Shown here: in pieces, positions 30,571 to 41,620 of the stretch
Position numbering within the stretch: the stretch's first letter is position 1
Layout: every line of letters starts with the position of its first letter
Origin: an uncultured cyanobacterium
GTDB lineage: Bacteria; Cyanobacteriota; Cyanobacteriia; Cyanobacteriales; Nostocaceae
Direction of reading: 5' to 3'
Length of the DNA: 64,000 nucleotides
Assembly: GCA_963740315.1 (NCBI GenBank)
Contig: CAVUDP010000001.1
Coordinates: 1,590,126 to 1,654,125, forward strand
Notes under the pieces: model-generated
Database searches by the model: none
What the model saw: only the letters and a program-made list of their open reading frames with translations
Told to the model about the DNA's origin: nothing
Translations under genes and position numbers: made by a program

Positions 30571-31767
30571 ATGGCTATAAAAACTGAAAATTGTCAAGTA
30601 AATAAACAACTAACTTTACATGACCCTTCCCAATCTCCTTTGGAGGTACAAGTAATCGATTTAAATCTGACTCAAAAAAATGACACTCTTGATGAGTGTC
30701 GTCTCACTTTTGAAATAAACCCCGAGCTTTACCAACGCATTGACACTGAGGCATTGTTTAATCTTAAGCAAGAATTGCGCTGTCCTTTCTCATTAGGTAG
30801 CTTTCAAACAGAAAAAAATATCAAGATAGAAGCAACTTTGAAACCCGAATTGCTAGCTCAAATAAGAGAACAAGCCAGCAATTCCGATGAAATTCTAGCT
30901 TACTTATTGAATCTTAGTCAGGATAACTTAACTAAAACCCCAGAATCACCGCTATTTACAGAAAATTGGTTTGCTTTGCAACTTCAACAACCCCAAGAGT
31001 CAGGAGAAACTGGTTATCGTACCTTTTGGGCTTATAGTCCCTCTGCAATTACTCAAGAAAGCATTTCCAACGGACAGATTTCTCAAGCAATGGTCAATTT
31101 TGTCAAAGATTGGACTAATGCTGATGTGTCCGCAACAGAGTCAGCTATTTCTGAAGTTTTTGATGAAACTCTCAAAGGCTTTGAAGAATGGGCGGGAAAT
31201 AGTATGTTGGAAGCAACTGAAGAAGTCATTGCTGAAATTGACAAGGAAGCAACTAATCTTTTTGAACAATGGGTTAATTCATATGAAGTAGCATTAGCAT
31301 CAGATAGTAGGTTCAGCGAAAGTATTTTCTCTTCAGTAGTCAACTTCTTTATCGAAGACGATTGGCAATTCGCTAAACTTAAAACACAACCAACTTTACA
31401 TCTAGCCTTCCAAGGAAAAAACGGTAAATGGGACTGTTACGCAAAAGCCAGAGAACAACAGCAACAATTCGTTTTTTATTCAGTTTCTCCCGTAAATGTC
31501 CCAGAAAACAAACGTTTAGCCATCACAGAATTCATCAACCGCGCCAACTATGGCATGATTATGGGTAACTTTGAATTCGATTTCACAACTGGAGAAATCC
31601 GCTACAAAACCAGCATAGACGTAGAAGGAGATAACCTTAGTTTTGCATTAATCAAACAAATGGTTTACGCCAATGTGATGATGATGGATGAATATTTACC
31701 GGGAATTATGGCAGTAATTGAAGGAGAGGTGGAAGTACAAGAAGCAATTTCGCGAGTTGAAGGATAA
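30571..31767 (+). CDS. Protein with C-terminal YbjN (type III chaperone-like fold) domain
   Basis: FQGKNGKW.CYA, EFINRANYGMIMGNFEFDF..GEIRYKTSIDV. Confidence 0.8.
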   Translation: MAIKTENCQVNKQLTLHDPSQSPLEVQVIDLNLTQKNDTLDECRLTFEINPELYQRIDTEALFNLKQELRCPFSLGSFQTEKNIKIEATLKPELLAQIREQASNSDEILAYLLNLSQDNLTKTPESPLFTENWFALQLQQPQESGETGYRTFWAYSPSAITQESISNGQISQAMVNFVKDWTNADVSATESAISEVFDETLKGFEEWAGNSMLEATEEVIAEIDKEATNLFEQWVNSYEVALASDSRFSESIFSSVVNFFIEDDWQFAKLKTQPTLHLAFQGKNGKWDCYAKAREQQQQFVFYSVSPVNVPENKRLAITEFINRANYGMIMGNFEFDFTTGEIRYKTSIDVEGDNLSFALIKQMVYANVMMMDEYLPGIMAVIEGEVEVQEAISRVEG

Positions 31768-31886
31768 GCCTTATTCACCATTCGCAAACTATTCAAACCC
31801 CAAATTGAAAATATATATAAAGTTTCTTCACTCTAACCCCACCGTCATAGTAATATACCCCTGTTAACAGGCGCACACTCAGTATT

Positions 31887-32312
31887 ATGCCTGAAGATAT
31901 CGAATACCTCGATTCCCCAAACTACATAGGTTCTGGTTTTGCTTTCCCCTTAAATTTAAATGTCCAAGGGGGAATTCAACTCAGTTCAGAAACTAAAAAT
32001 TTAGAAGAATCTATACTTATCATTCTCCGCACCGATTTGGGAGAACGAGTTTATCGACCGAGTTTTGGTTCTCGTTTATCGGAGCTTGTTTTTGAACCTC
32101 TAAATACTCAAACTCTTTTACGTATTCGTTTGTATGTAGAGGAAGCTTTGAAAATGTGGGAACCACGGATAATTTTAAAGGAAGTTCGCACTAATCCCGA
32201 CCCTATCAGGGGCAAGGTAGAGATTGAAATTATCTATCAACCAAAGAATCATCAGGAAATAAGAAGCTTAGTATATCCCTTTTATCTATCACCTACCGGG
32301 GAATTGCTATGA
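31887..32312 (+). CDS. gp25/GPW baseplate wedge (Afp9-like)
   Basis: IILRTDLGERVYRPSFGSRL, WEPRI, LVYPFY. Confidence 0.95.
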   Translation: MPEDIEYLDSPNYIGSGFAFPLNLNVQGGIQLSSETKNLEESILIILRTDLGERVYRPSFGSRLSELVFEPLNTQTLLRIRLYVEEALKMWEPRIILKEVRTNPDPIRGKVEIEIIYQPKNHQEIRSLVYPFYLSPTGELL

Positions 32313-34591
32313 AGTTTGATTTTTTACCTAATTTAGAAAAGCCCAATTTAGATGACCGTAAGTTCAAGGATTTAGTAGAGGAATGTATTCTCCGCATTCC
32401 CCGTTATTGTCCGGAATGGACGAATCATAATCCTGGAGATCCAGGGATTACTTTAATTGAACTATTTGCATGGTTAACCGACCAAATGCTGCTCAGGTTC
32501 AATCAAGTTCCTCTACTCAATTACATTACTTTCCTAGAGTTGCTGGGAATTCGTCTCCAACCTCCCACACCTGCTAAAAGTGAGTTGACTTTTTACTTGA
32601 GCAAAGAGCAACCAGAACCCGTAAGAATTCCTTATGGAACTGAAGTCGCAACTATCAGAACCGAAAACGAAGAGGCTATAGTTTTTACTACAAATGAAGA
32701 ATTAGTCATCGGTAATCCTTTGATTAAACATTTTTTGACTGCTACCGAGACGGAAGAAAAACCCCAAAATTTTTATACTAAAGTTGCTCCTAACAAAAAG
32801 AAATGGGATGCTACAGATGAATTATTACTATTTGAATATTGCCAACCCGGTAACTGCTTTTATCTGGTTTTAGATGAACTAGAAAATAATTTTGCAGATG
32901 ATGAAGAACGAAGAAATACTATTTCAGGTAACGTTATCGCAATTAATTTTAGAGGAGATGCTGCTAGAGCAACTGGTATTATTCCAGAAAATCCACCTTT
33001 AGAATGGCAAGCTTGGAATGGAGAGAAATGGGTAAATTTAGCACAAGATATCGACAAAACCAAAGGTTTTAGCTTTGATGGTGTCACCCAATCTTTAGAA
33101 AATGGTGCAGATGTGATTCTGCGTTTACCTCAAAGATTACCAAGTTATGAATTTAGCGATTCTGTTGATAGCTATAGCGGTTACTGGATACGCTGCGTTT
33201 ATACCATACTAGAAGAGGGACAAGAATATTACTATGAATCTCCTGCGATTGTCGGTATATCTGTACGTGCAATTGGTGGTGAAACAAATGCGACTCAGTG
33301 CATGCGTGTGGAAAATGAAGTGTTAGGAATTAGTAACGGTAAACCGGGACAAATTTTTGAACTGCAAAGCAAGCCCATTTTAGATAGAAAAATTCAGCAG
33401 CAAGAATATATTGAAATATTAATTCCTGGAGAAGAACCGCAAATTTGGCAAGAAGTTAAAGATTTTGGTCAATCGAGAGAAAATAGCCAGCATTATATTA
33501 TTGACTCGGTAACTGGTACGGTGCAATTTGGTCCTTTAGTAAGAGAACCTTCTCAACTCAGAGAATTGACTCTGGAACGAAGAGAATATCAGCGACATCG
33601 AGCAAACAATGTAATTGTACAAAGAGACGATTACGGACAAAGGAATTTAACGTATATTCAACCTGTAAGCAGCGCCGTACAAGCATTAGAACGTCAATAT
33701 GGTGCAGTTCCTCCACCGGGAGCAGAAATAAATATGAGAGCATATCGTACTGGTGGAGGGAGTCAAGGTAACGTAAAAAAAGAAACTCTAAATGTACTTA
33801 AATATGCAATTCCTTATGTTAAGAGTGTTATTAACTATCAAGATGCTGCTGGTGGAACTGACAGCGAATCTTTAGAGCAAGCTGTACTCAGAGTTCCCCA
33901 GATTCTCCGTACTCGCGAATGTGCGGTAATTCCTGAAGATTTTGAAAGAATAATTAAACAAGCAAAAGCATCTAGAAATATAGCTCGCGCTCATTGTGCA
34001 AGAAATAATACAGCAGGTGTTGTTCGTTTATTAATAGTACCGGAACCTAACAATTTTCATCCTTTTACCGATAGCTTTTGCGGAACCAACCCAGATAACG
34101 ATTTAGTTATTTCTGATGAATTCAAACGAGAGCTTGAAGATTATATGGATAATCGTAAACCTTTAGGTATTCAAGTTCGATTAGAGCAACCCCGTTATGT
34201 AGGAGTTAGGGTTAAGTTAGAAGTACTGTTAGAGAAAAATATTAGTCAGGATGAAGAAACAAGAAACCGTATCAAAGCATTTTTACACAGATTTTTGAAT
34301 CCTTTGGTGGGGGGATTTGATGGAAAAGGTTGGGAATTAGGAAAAAAATTGCATGCTTCAGAAATTGTTGCAATTTGTCAGAAAATACCGTTCGTGAAAT
34401 ATGTCGGAGATGTACAGCTGTTTGGAATATGGAAATTTACCCAAGATTGGATAATACTTGAAGACGAAGACAACCCAGAAATTGAGATTAATCCTGGTTC
34501 TGAAGGAATAATCTGTTCTTGGGAAAAACCGAATATTCATCAAGAGGAAGAACAAAATTTTGGTCACATTATTGAGTTTATTGATTATTAA
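32309..34591 (+). CDS. Baseplate J-like protein (Afp11-like)
   Basis: LDDRKF.DLV, PEWTNHNPGDPGITLIELFAW, YRTGGGSQGNV, GGTDSES, AVIPEDFE. Confidence 0.94.
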   Translation: MKFDFLPNLEKPNLDDRKFKDLVEECILRIPRYCPEWTNHNPGDPGITLIELFAWLTDQMLLRFNQVPLLNYITFLELLGIRLQPPTPAKSELTFYLSKEQPEPVRIPYGTEVATIRTENEEAIVFTTNEELVIGNPLIKHFLTATETEEKPQNFYTKVAPNKKKWDATDELLLFEYCQPGNCFYLVLDELENNFADDEERRNTISGNVIAINFRGDAARATGIIPENPPLEWQAWNGEKWVNLAQDIDKTKGFSFDGVTQSLENGADVILRLPQRLPSYEFSDSVDSYSGYWIRCVYTILEEGQEYYYESPAIVGISVRAIGGETNATQCMRVENEVLGISNGKPGQIFELQSKPILDRKIQQQEYIEILIPGEEPQIWQEVKDFGQSRENSQHYIIDSVTGTVQFGPLVREPSQLRELTLERREYQRHRANNVIVQRDDYGQRNLTYIQPVSSAVQALERQYGAVPPPGAEINMRAYRTGGGSQGNVKKETLNVLKYAIPYVKSVINYQDAAGGTDSESLEQAVLRVPQILRTRECAVIPEDFERIIKQAKASRNIARAHCARNNTAGVVRLLIVPEPNNFHPFTDSFCGTNPDNDLVISDEFKRELEDYMDNRKPLGIQVRLEQPRYVGVRVKLEVLLEKNISQDEETRNRIKAFLHRFLNPLVGGFDGKGWELGKKLHASEIVAICQKIPFVKYVGDVQLFGIWKFTQDWIILEDEDNPEIEINPGSEGIICSWEKPNIHQEEEQNFGHIIEFIDY

Positions 34592-34697
34592 TTCTGTATG
34601 AGACTATCGGAATTTGTACGTTAACCTATGCGGATATTAGGACTAAAGTCCTTACTACCTTCCTAAAATTTCATAACTTAAATACTCATAATTAACA

Positions 34698-35717
34698 ATG
34701 GTTCAAACACCTTCTTTAGCTATCCAAATAGCTTCGATGCATCTCCCCGAAGCGATTGAATCGGAAGCTTTATCTGTATCATTTAGTAGAAGAAAAGAAA
34801 CTTCAAATCAAGATTTGTGGTTGTATCCCGGTGAACCAGAACAAATTTTAGTTACCGTTGAAAACACAAATCATAGAAACAATAACCGCAATCTACAATA
34901 TTCTATAGAAGTATCCGGAGACTATCCTGCTCGATGGTGCAATTTTAACCAGCAAAGATTATTTGAAATTGCACCCAATACAAAAATAGATAAAGCTATT
35001 AGTTTTCAAGTAGAAACGGATTTCTTTGAAAATCAACAAGCTCTAAATCAAAAAACTCAGTTACAAATTAATTATCAAGTTCAAATACAGGTTTTTTTAG
35101 AAACAACCAACCGAAGACAACTTGTAGAATATCAACTTTTTAACTTACTTATTCGTCCCGAAACTTCTTACCTTAATTTCTTACCTTCTATATTTGGGGA
35201 AAGAGATATAGCTAGACGCTTCGTCTCGATTTTTGAACAAGCTTTCGATCCGGTAGTTCAAACAACTGATGTTTTATGGGCTTATTTCGATCCTCTTACA
35301 GCACCGGAGGCTTTTCTTCCTTTTCTAGCAAAATGGGTAGGATGGGAAATTGATGAGCGTTGGACAATTCAACAGCAAAGACAATTAATTCGTAATGCTG
35401 TTACTCTTTATCGCTGGCATGGAACAAAACATGGTTTGCGTTTATATCTACATTACTATACAGGCTTACCTTTAGATGAAGATTTACCCGAATTTCAAAA
35501 ACATATTAGCATTGAGGAAAACTTCAACGATGGTTTGATTTTAGGGGAAGTTAACCTCGATGAAAATCCGATGTTAGGTGGTGGAAAACCATATCATTTT
35601 ACCGTCAGGTTGCGTACAGATGCATCAAATCAGTTAGATGAAGAACTAATACAAGAAATTATTGAACGACAAAAACCAGCTTTTTCTACTTACGAATTTT
35701 CGATATCTACGCAATAA
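34698..35717 (+). CDS. Baseplate wedge / P2 gpI-like tail protein with N-terminal Ig-like domain
   Basis: YLNFLPSIF, FDPLTAPEAFLPFLAKWVGW, LYRWHGT..GL, KPAF. Confidence 0.88.
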   Translation: MVQTPSLAIQIASMHLPEAIESEALSVSFSRRKETSNQDLWLYPGEPEQILVTVENTNHRNNNRNLQYSIEVSGDYPARWCNFNQQRLFEIAPNTKIDKAISFQVETDFFENQQALNQKTQLQINYQVQIQVFLETTNRRQLVEYQLFNLLIRPETSYLNFLPSIFGERDIARRFVSIFEQAFDPVVQTTDVLWAYFDPLTAPEAFLPFLAKWVGWEIDERWTIQQQRQLIRNAVTLYRWHGTKHGLRLYLHYYTGLPLDEDLPEFQKHISIEENFNDGLILGEVNLDENPMLGGGKPYHFTVRLRTDASNQLDEELIQEIIERQKPAFSTYEFSISTQ

Positions 35718-35738
35718 TATTTTTTACAACAAAAAATT

Positions 35739-35772
35739 AATATTAGTTAAGAGTCTATCCTTAACTAATATT
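35739..35772. terminator. Inverted repeat between convergent genes (candidate bidirectional terminator)
   Basis: AATATTAGTTAAG-N8-CTTAACTAATATT, a perfect 13-bp stem. Confidence 0.55.
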
Positions 35773-35811
35773 GTTTGAAAATGATTTTTATTAGATGTTA
35801 TAGCTGCTTAA

Positions 35812-37563
35812 TTATTCGAGATTATTGCGTACTTTCATATATTTTTCAATCTTTTCTCGCATTTTACCGATTAATTCTTTTCTTTTCTTTATAGCAAGTG
35901 GATAACTAGGATTCACTGCTAAAGCTCTATCAATAGTATTCAATGCATTTTGAAAAGTATCTTGTGCATCTTTGTAATTTTCTAATTCTCCTACATTAAT
36001 TAATGCAATAGCTTTTCCGGTTAACACTAAATAATTGTCTGGTAAAAACTCATTTGCTTTGTCAAAGGCTTCGATTGCATTTTGATAATCTCCTAACCTT
36101 GATAAAATGATGGCTTTATTATAAAAAGCCGCAAAGGAGGGTTGAAAAGTAATTGATTTTCCAATTGAAAATAGTGCGTTTTGATATCTTTTCGGCTCCT
36201 TTATATCCTTTGATTGCATTTGTGCTACAGCTTTGTTTAGCCAAAATGCATAAAGCGATTTTCTATCTAAATCCTCGATATTTTGACTCGCATATTCGTA
36301 AGCTAAAATAGCTTCGTCATACTTATTTAAAGAACTCAAAATTCTACCGCGATTAGCATAACCTTGAGCATAATATGAACCAGTATAGTTAAGAACTGCT
36401 TCTTTTATCGCTATTTCTGCGTCTTCATGCTGTCCCAACTTCCATAAACTCACAGCCTTATTATTCCAAGCTTCTGCATATTTTGGTTCAATAGCTATTG
36501 CATTTTCCGATGACGCTAATGCTTCCTCGTATTTCTGTAACCCCAAAAGCGCTGCGCTGCGTTGATACCATACGTAAGCCAAACCCTTAGTATCGCTCCA
36601 CTGCTTATCTCCTTTCAAAGCGCGATCGCAATTATCCAAAGCTTCTTCATACCGTTCCATTTTATTGAGAATCTCGGATTTACGGGCTAAAGCTTGAGAA
36701 TATCTGGGATTAACTTGAATAGCTATATTAAAGTTGTTTAAAGCTTCTTGTTGCTCATTTAGCTTCTGTTTTACTCTTCCTGTCTCATACCAGATAATGG
36801 CATCGCTAGCATCTGGTGTGTTTACACTGTTTTCAATACTCTCACTTGTTTGTTCATCTGTTGATTCATCTTTTGTTTGAGGATTCTCAAAGTTTTCAAC
36901 AGCAGCTTTACACAATTGGGAAGCTTCATTGTACATTTTCTGGTCTGCAAGTACACCACATTTTCCTGCATACGCTAAAGCAAAATTATTGTCCTGTTGT
37001 AGAGCATTATCAAAATATTTTGTAGCTTGTTCATATTCTTTCTTTCTTCGCAATACAGAACCTTTGATATACAAAGCTTTCGCTAAAGTAATATTTCCCC
37101 AATAATTCTTTACTTGCTGTAGGTTGTCCCAATTCTCTGTTCTTTCCAAAGCTAAATCGCAGGATTTAAGTGCATCTTCATACTTACCCAAACCCAACAA
37201 AGCCGAACATTTTTGAACTAAGGCTGGTATATTCTTTTTATCTTGCTTCAAAACCCAATCATAGGAAATCGCAGCTTCGCTATATTGACTCAGTTGTAGT
37301 AGAGCATCCCCACGAGCTAACCATAATTGAATGTTATCTTTTTTAGGCTTGAGAGAAATAGCCTGTTCGCAAGCATTCAGAGCTTCGCCATACTGTTTTT
37401 CCTCCCTCAATAACTGGCATTTCTCCACCCAGAAGTCATATTTCTTGAAATTAAACTCTGCTGACTTTGTTTCTTCTGCAAGCGATACTCCACTAATAAT
37501 GTTTGTCAAAAAAGTAAAAGTACCAGACGTAACTATCAATAGCCTTACAATCTTTTTCATCAT
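35812..37563 (-). CDS. TPR-repeat protein with N-terminal signal peptide
   Basis: Many TPR units (YEEAL..CDRAL, AWNNKAVSL); MKKIVRLLIV...VSLA|EE. Confidence 0.9.
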   Translation of the reverse strand: MMKKIVRLLIVTSGTFTFLTNIISGVSLAEETKSAEFNFKKYDFWVEKCQLLREEKQYGEALNACEQAISLKPKKDNIQLWLARGDALLQLSQYSEAAISYDWVLKQDKKNIPALVQKCSALLGLGKYEDALKSCDLALERTENWDNLQQVKNYWGNITLAKALYIKGSVLRRKKEYEQATKYFDNALQQDNNFALAYAGKCGVLADQKMYNEASQLCKAAVENFENPQTKDESTDEQTSESIENSVNTPDASDAIIWYETGRVKQKLNEQQEALNNFNIAIQVNPRYSQALARKSEILNKMERYEEALDNCDRALKGDKQWSDTKGLAYVWYQRSAALLGLQKYEEALASSENAIAIEPKYAEAWNNKAVSLWKLGQHEDAEIAIKEAVLNYTGSYYAQGYANRGRILSSLNKYDEAILAYEYASQNIEDLDRKSLYAFWLNKAVAQMQSKDIKEPKRYQNALFSIGKSITFQPSFAAFYNKAIILSRLGDYQNAIEAFDKANEFLPDNYLVLTGKAIALINVGELENYKDAQDTFQNALNTIDRALAVNPSYPLAIKKRKELIGKMREKIEKYMKVRNNLE

Positions 37564-37910
37564 CTAATTTTCATCCTGTCTCAACTATGATTATTGGAAA
37601 TAATAAAAATCACAATATTTACTTGACAAATAATCTAATTTTGCCGAATAAATAATGTACTTGTTCCGTAAACTATGGTGAAAAATATAGCTTCCACCAG
37701 AATATTTGAATAAACTTAGTTTGGCTGCGTAATTCAGGAAGCGAGCATAGTTTAAAGTAACATAGCTATTCAAGCACAAAATTACTTGTAATATTACATT
37801 TTTAATTAAAATTAAATCTTAAAATTTACTTCAGGCTAATTTAGCTTTGCTAGTAAACTAATAATATTTCGTAGATAGCAAGAATTATTGATTGAAATTA
37901 CAGTTTATAA

Positions 37911-39750
37911 TTAGAACAATCCCAATCCTGCTTCACGCATAGCTTTCCACAGATTGCTTCGCCGTTGGTGTTTAACTCTCCACTGTTTCAACAATGTTTC
38001 ATAGTTATTTGGATTTAACTCCTTTAACGCAGTCATCCATTGAGCGTGTTGGGTATAATCCGATTTTTTAGCTAGTTCGGGTTGGGGAATAAATTGGTAT
38101 AATTGCTCTCGCCAATAAATTAAAACCCTTTCCCATAAATCCGAAGGTGCATATTGCTGCAAATAAGTTTGCCGTGATTCATCATCAGCAGAAGATAATT
38201 TCTGGGGTTGAATAACAACTCGGTAAAACCTGGGACAAAGATTTTGAGTTTGGTTACGTATCTCTATTAAATATGAAGGTTAGCAACCGCAATAGATTAT
38301 ACTCCTCACCTAACTCTGCTTTATCTAAAGGTAAATTTGTTAACCAGCGTGTAATTTTTTCTTGAAACCAAGTTTTCCCCTTTCGTGAATCTGCAATACT
38401 ATCAATTAACCAGTGCAGCCACCAATTTTCAACAGTTTTTGTTCCTTGAAATCCTAAATAATAAGAGCGGGTTTTGGCACGACGAACGATATAGTCACGC
38501 CAGGATTCAAAGAGAGCTTGTTGTATATTTTCAGAAACAGGCACCTCAGTAAAAGCTTGGAACATAGTTGACCAATCATAACGATGCGTAAAAGCAATCT
38601 GCTGAATTTCCAAAGCATTTGTTCGTTCGGATTCACCCAGTCCCAGAGCCGTTTGTTGGTAGTAATATAGCAGGTTTCTCTCGTTTTCCCAATTCTGATT
38701 GCTGTAATGAATCCTACTGACAATGGTAAATAACAAAGAAGTTTCTGGTGTCCAAGAGTTATCTACTTGACTTGATTTGAACAATGCATTTAATGTTTCT
38801 TGAATTACACTCAAGCTTTGGGAATAATCTTGTTGAACTAAAAAATCCTCTACTACCGGAAGCCCGTTTTGCCACTGTTGTGGAATAGTAGCCCTCATAT
38901 TCACCAAATATCTTTCTGGTGCATACTGATTTATAAGATGCATATAAATATGATGCCAAGGAGAGGAAGTATTATCTAAAGTTTTTTTCCATAGTGACGC
39001 TTCTTTGTTAGCAGTAAATTCAGCTAAAATACACTGTTGCTCTGTTTCAGATAGCTGAGTAAAGAAATTCACTACAGCATCATCGTCTAAGCTAATCAAA
39101 GAAAATTTTTCTTCCCATTCCCTGACTTGTTGTGTAAAGTTAAATGCATTTTTTCGTTTCTCTTGAGCTACCAACCATTCCCATTGCAAAAAGCAGTTAG
39201 TAATATTTTCTTCCAAATATATACCGTCATCAATATCCATCCAATCGGGTATACCATTTGATATATCACTCTCCATTTCAAAGATAATTGCAGCAAAACT
39301 TTCATCGGGAATAAAATTATGCTCAAAAGCTGTTTCGATTAGTGGTTGAATATTTTGGGCAACCTTCTCCAAATCCTCCACCATTGTATAAGCATCAAAA
39401 TAAGGCGGCTCCCAATCAACTTCCTGAACAATATATCTTCCATCTTCTTGAGAAGCTTCCTCAGTAATTTCGTTCCAATCTTGCCACAATTGCGACCAGT
39501 ATTGAGCTAATTTGTCTAGGGAGAGGGGTTGTTCTTGGTTGATATTTTGTTGTTGATTTAGGATTTTTTGTAACGTTTTTCGAGTATTTAATGGAAGCTG
39601 AGTCAAAATAGGATCTAGTTCTTCACTTGGTAAAGTAGCTAAAAACGCATCAAGTAGCTGAGATATTTCCTGCTGAGTTAGCGCTGCAAGAATGCGATCG
39701 CCTAATGTCTCTTGTAGAGCATTGCCAAAATTGCCGCGTTTTTGTGACAT
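37911..39750 (-). CDS. Hypothetical helical protein, single gene split by a frameshift at ~38270
   Basis: The alternative frame (LIEIRNQTQNLCPRFYR...TYLQQYAP) joins ORF 38254..39750 to 37911..38162. Confidence 0.6.
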
Positions 39751-40010
39751 ATAGGCTAATAACCCCTCTGATACTTAAAATACAGGTTTTAAAGGTTAAT
39801 TCTAATCATTGTTAGTATGCATAATATTGTACTAATGAATCACCACAAGAATCAAGAATGTTTTTAGGCTATATCTTCTTTTCAATTCAAAATATAAATC
39901 AATTTTATATTTATCAATTTAAGAAAGAATATTTATAATTCCGCGATTTAGCTGTATTCAAAGGTGAGAAAATATAGTAATAAAGGAACTTATCAATAAG
40001 GATAAATGTG

Positions 40011-40379
40011 ATGCCTAAAGTCAAACGAAATGAAATCCGAGAAGAGCGGATTAGCATGGAAGCAGTCGTCGATGCCTATAACGAGGATGAGCGGGCGATG
40101 GGATGGTACTATTACCTCGATGACAGATTGCAGTTTCCTTTTCAAGCAAGGTGGGTAAACCGTCAGCGTCCCCAAGGAAAGGAAGTTGAGGTAGTTGGAA
40201 TGTCGCCAGAAGATGAGTGTATGCGGTCGATTTTTGTTGAGGTGCGTTACAGGGAAGGAGATGTTGATGATATATTCTCTGCAAGGCTTTATGATATTCA
40301 TCCAATTAATGTTGATGAGGAAACTGCTGAAGCCATAGCAAATTGGCATTACTGGATAAACATGGGATATGAATTTTAG
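40011..40379 (+). CDS. CcbP-family calcium-binding-like protein
   Basis: EERISMEAVVDAY..DERAMGWYYYL.D.LQFPF.A, and C-terminal AIANWHYW. Confidence 0.75.
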   Translation: MPKVKRNEIREERISMEAVVDAYNEDERAMGWYYYLDDRLQFPFQARWVNRQRPQGKEVEVVGMSPEDECMRSIFVEVRYREGDVDDIFSARLYDIHPINVDEETAEAIANWHYWINMGYEF

Positions 40380-40675
40380 TTGAGAGATTGCATATTAAGT
40401 AAAATTGAGAGTTTTATACTAAATTGCTTCACTGAATAACAACGCAAATATTTTAATTTTATGAGCTACATTAAATCATTTATTTTCATCATCTAATTGA
40501 ATAATGACTACCAAATTTAGCTAGAGCCGATAATAAAGTAGCATATTCGCGTTCTAAGCTTCCACCACCATTTACGACACGATGTACAATGCCATGAGTA
40601 CTAAATGCCTCAAAGCCTTTATGATGGAATCATGAAACCGTAAAAGTAGATATTTAATAAACTAGTTGAAAATAT

Positions 40676-40915
40676 ATGAAAAACAATAGTAAACAAATTT
40701 ACAATTATACAGTTATTCTAGAAAAAGAAGCTGATGGAGGTTATCATGCTTTTTGTCCTGTTTTAAAAGGCTGTCATTCTCAAGGCGATTCTGTTGAAGA
40801 AGCCATTGAAAATATTACAGAAGCTATTGAATTATATATTGAAAGTTTAAGGGCTGATAATCAGTCTATTCCCAAAGAAGATTTAATTGTGAAGCCATTA
40901 AGTATTTTGGCATGA
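40676..40915 (+). CDS. hicB: HicB-family antitoxin
   Basis: YTVILEKEADGGYHAFCPVLKGCHSQGDSVEEAIENITEAIELYIE. Confidence 0.92.
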   Translation: MKNNSKQIYNYTVILEKEADGGYHAFCPVLKGCHSQGDSVEEAIENITEAIELYIESLRADNQSIPKEDLIVKPLSILA

Positions 40916-41142
40916 GTAATTTTCCTACTGTTAAGGCTAAAGAATTTATCAAAGTAATTGAAAATAATGGTTTTTATCTTGACCGTCAGAAAGGGAGCCA
41001 TGCTATTTATAAAGATAGTAATGGACGAAGAGTGGTTGTTCCTATTCACGCGGGAAAAGATTTAAAGCAAGGCACTTTGATGGGCATGATTCAAGATATT
41101 GGTATTGATAAAGAAACTTTTTTTGAGCTACTGGGAAAATAA
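40912..41142 (+). CDS. hicA: HicA-family mRNA interferase toxin
   Basis: GF..DRQKGSHAIY, VVVPIH, GTL..I; ATGA overlap with hicB. Confidence 0.92.
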   Translation: MSNFPTVKAKEFIKVIENNGFYLDRQKGSHAIYKDSNGRRVVVPIHAGKDLKQGTLMGMIQDIGIDKETFFELLGK

Positions 41143-41300
41143 ATACGGTAATAGTAGTTCTTAGTCTATCAATATCAATCAGTAATGTAGTTATATCATG
41201 TCCGGTTAAAAACTTATCATATCTGTGAGAACTGGTAATGGGTAAGCCAGTAAAAACAATTTTTTTGCTAGTCGCCATATCGTAAGTAATTAGCCGGACT

Positions 41301-41606
41301 TCATATTATTCCATTTGACCACTGTATTTCTTGATTTGGCTCTCCAATGTCACCAAATGGAACTATATCTACCTCAATATTAGTTGAAATATGTATAAAT
41401 CTATGCTGAATATTTGTGGATCGGAAGCATGGATTACTTGTTTGAGTCATATTGGCATTTAAAGTTTGAAAATTCGACCAATTTCTAACTTGTACAGCAA
41501 AATCTAAATCGTTTGTAGCTCTACCTTCAATATTATATCGATTATCAAAGATTAAAATTCTTGCACCCGCTCCAACTACCACTATTGATAGGCGCAAATT
41601 TTCCAC
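41301..41606 (-). pseudogene. Fragment of an AbiEii/COG4849-like nucleotidyltransferase
   Basis: VVGAGAR, RATNDLDFAV, VDIVPFG; truncated at both ends. Confidence 0.65.
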
Positions 41607-41620
41607 TATACTTTTTATTT

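Noticed and set aside
6670..35717. Prophage or type VI secretion system
   Set aside because: No capsid, terminase or portal, and no TssJLM/ClpV. DUF4255, the Afp15-like ATPase and DUF4157 indicate an eCIS-type system.
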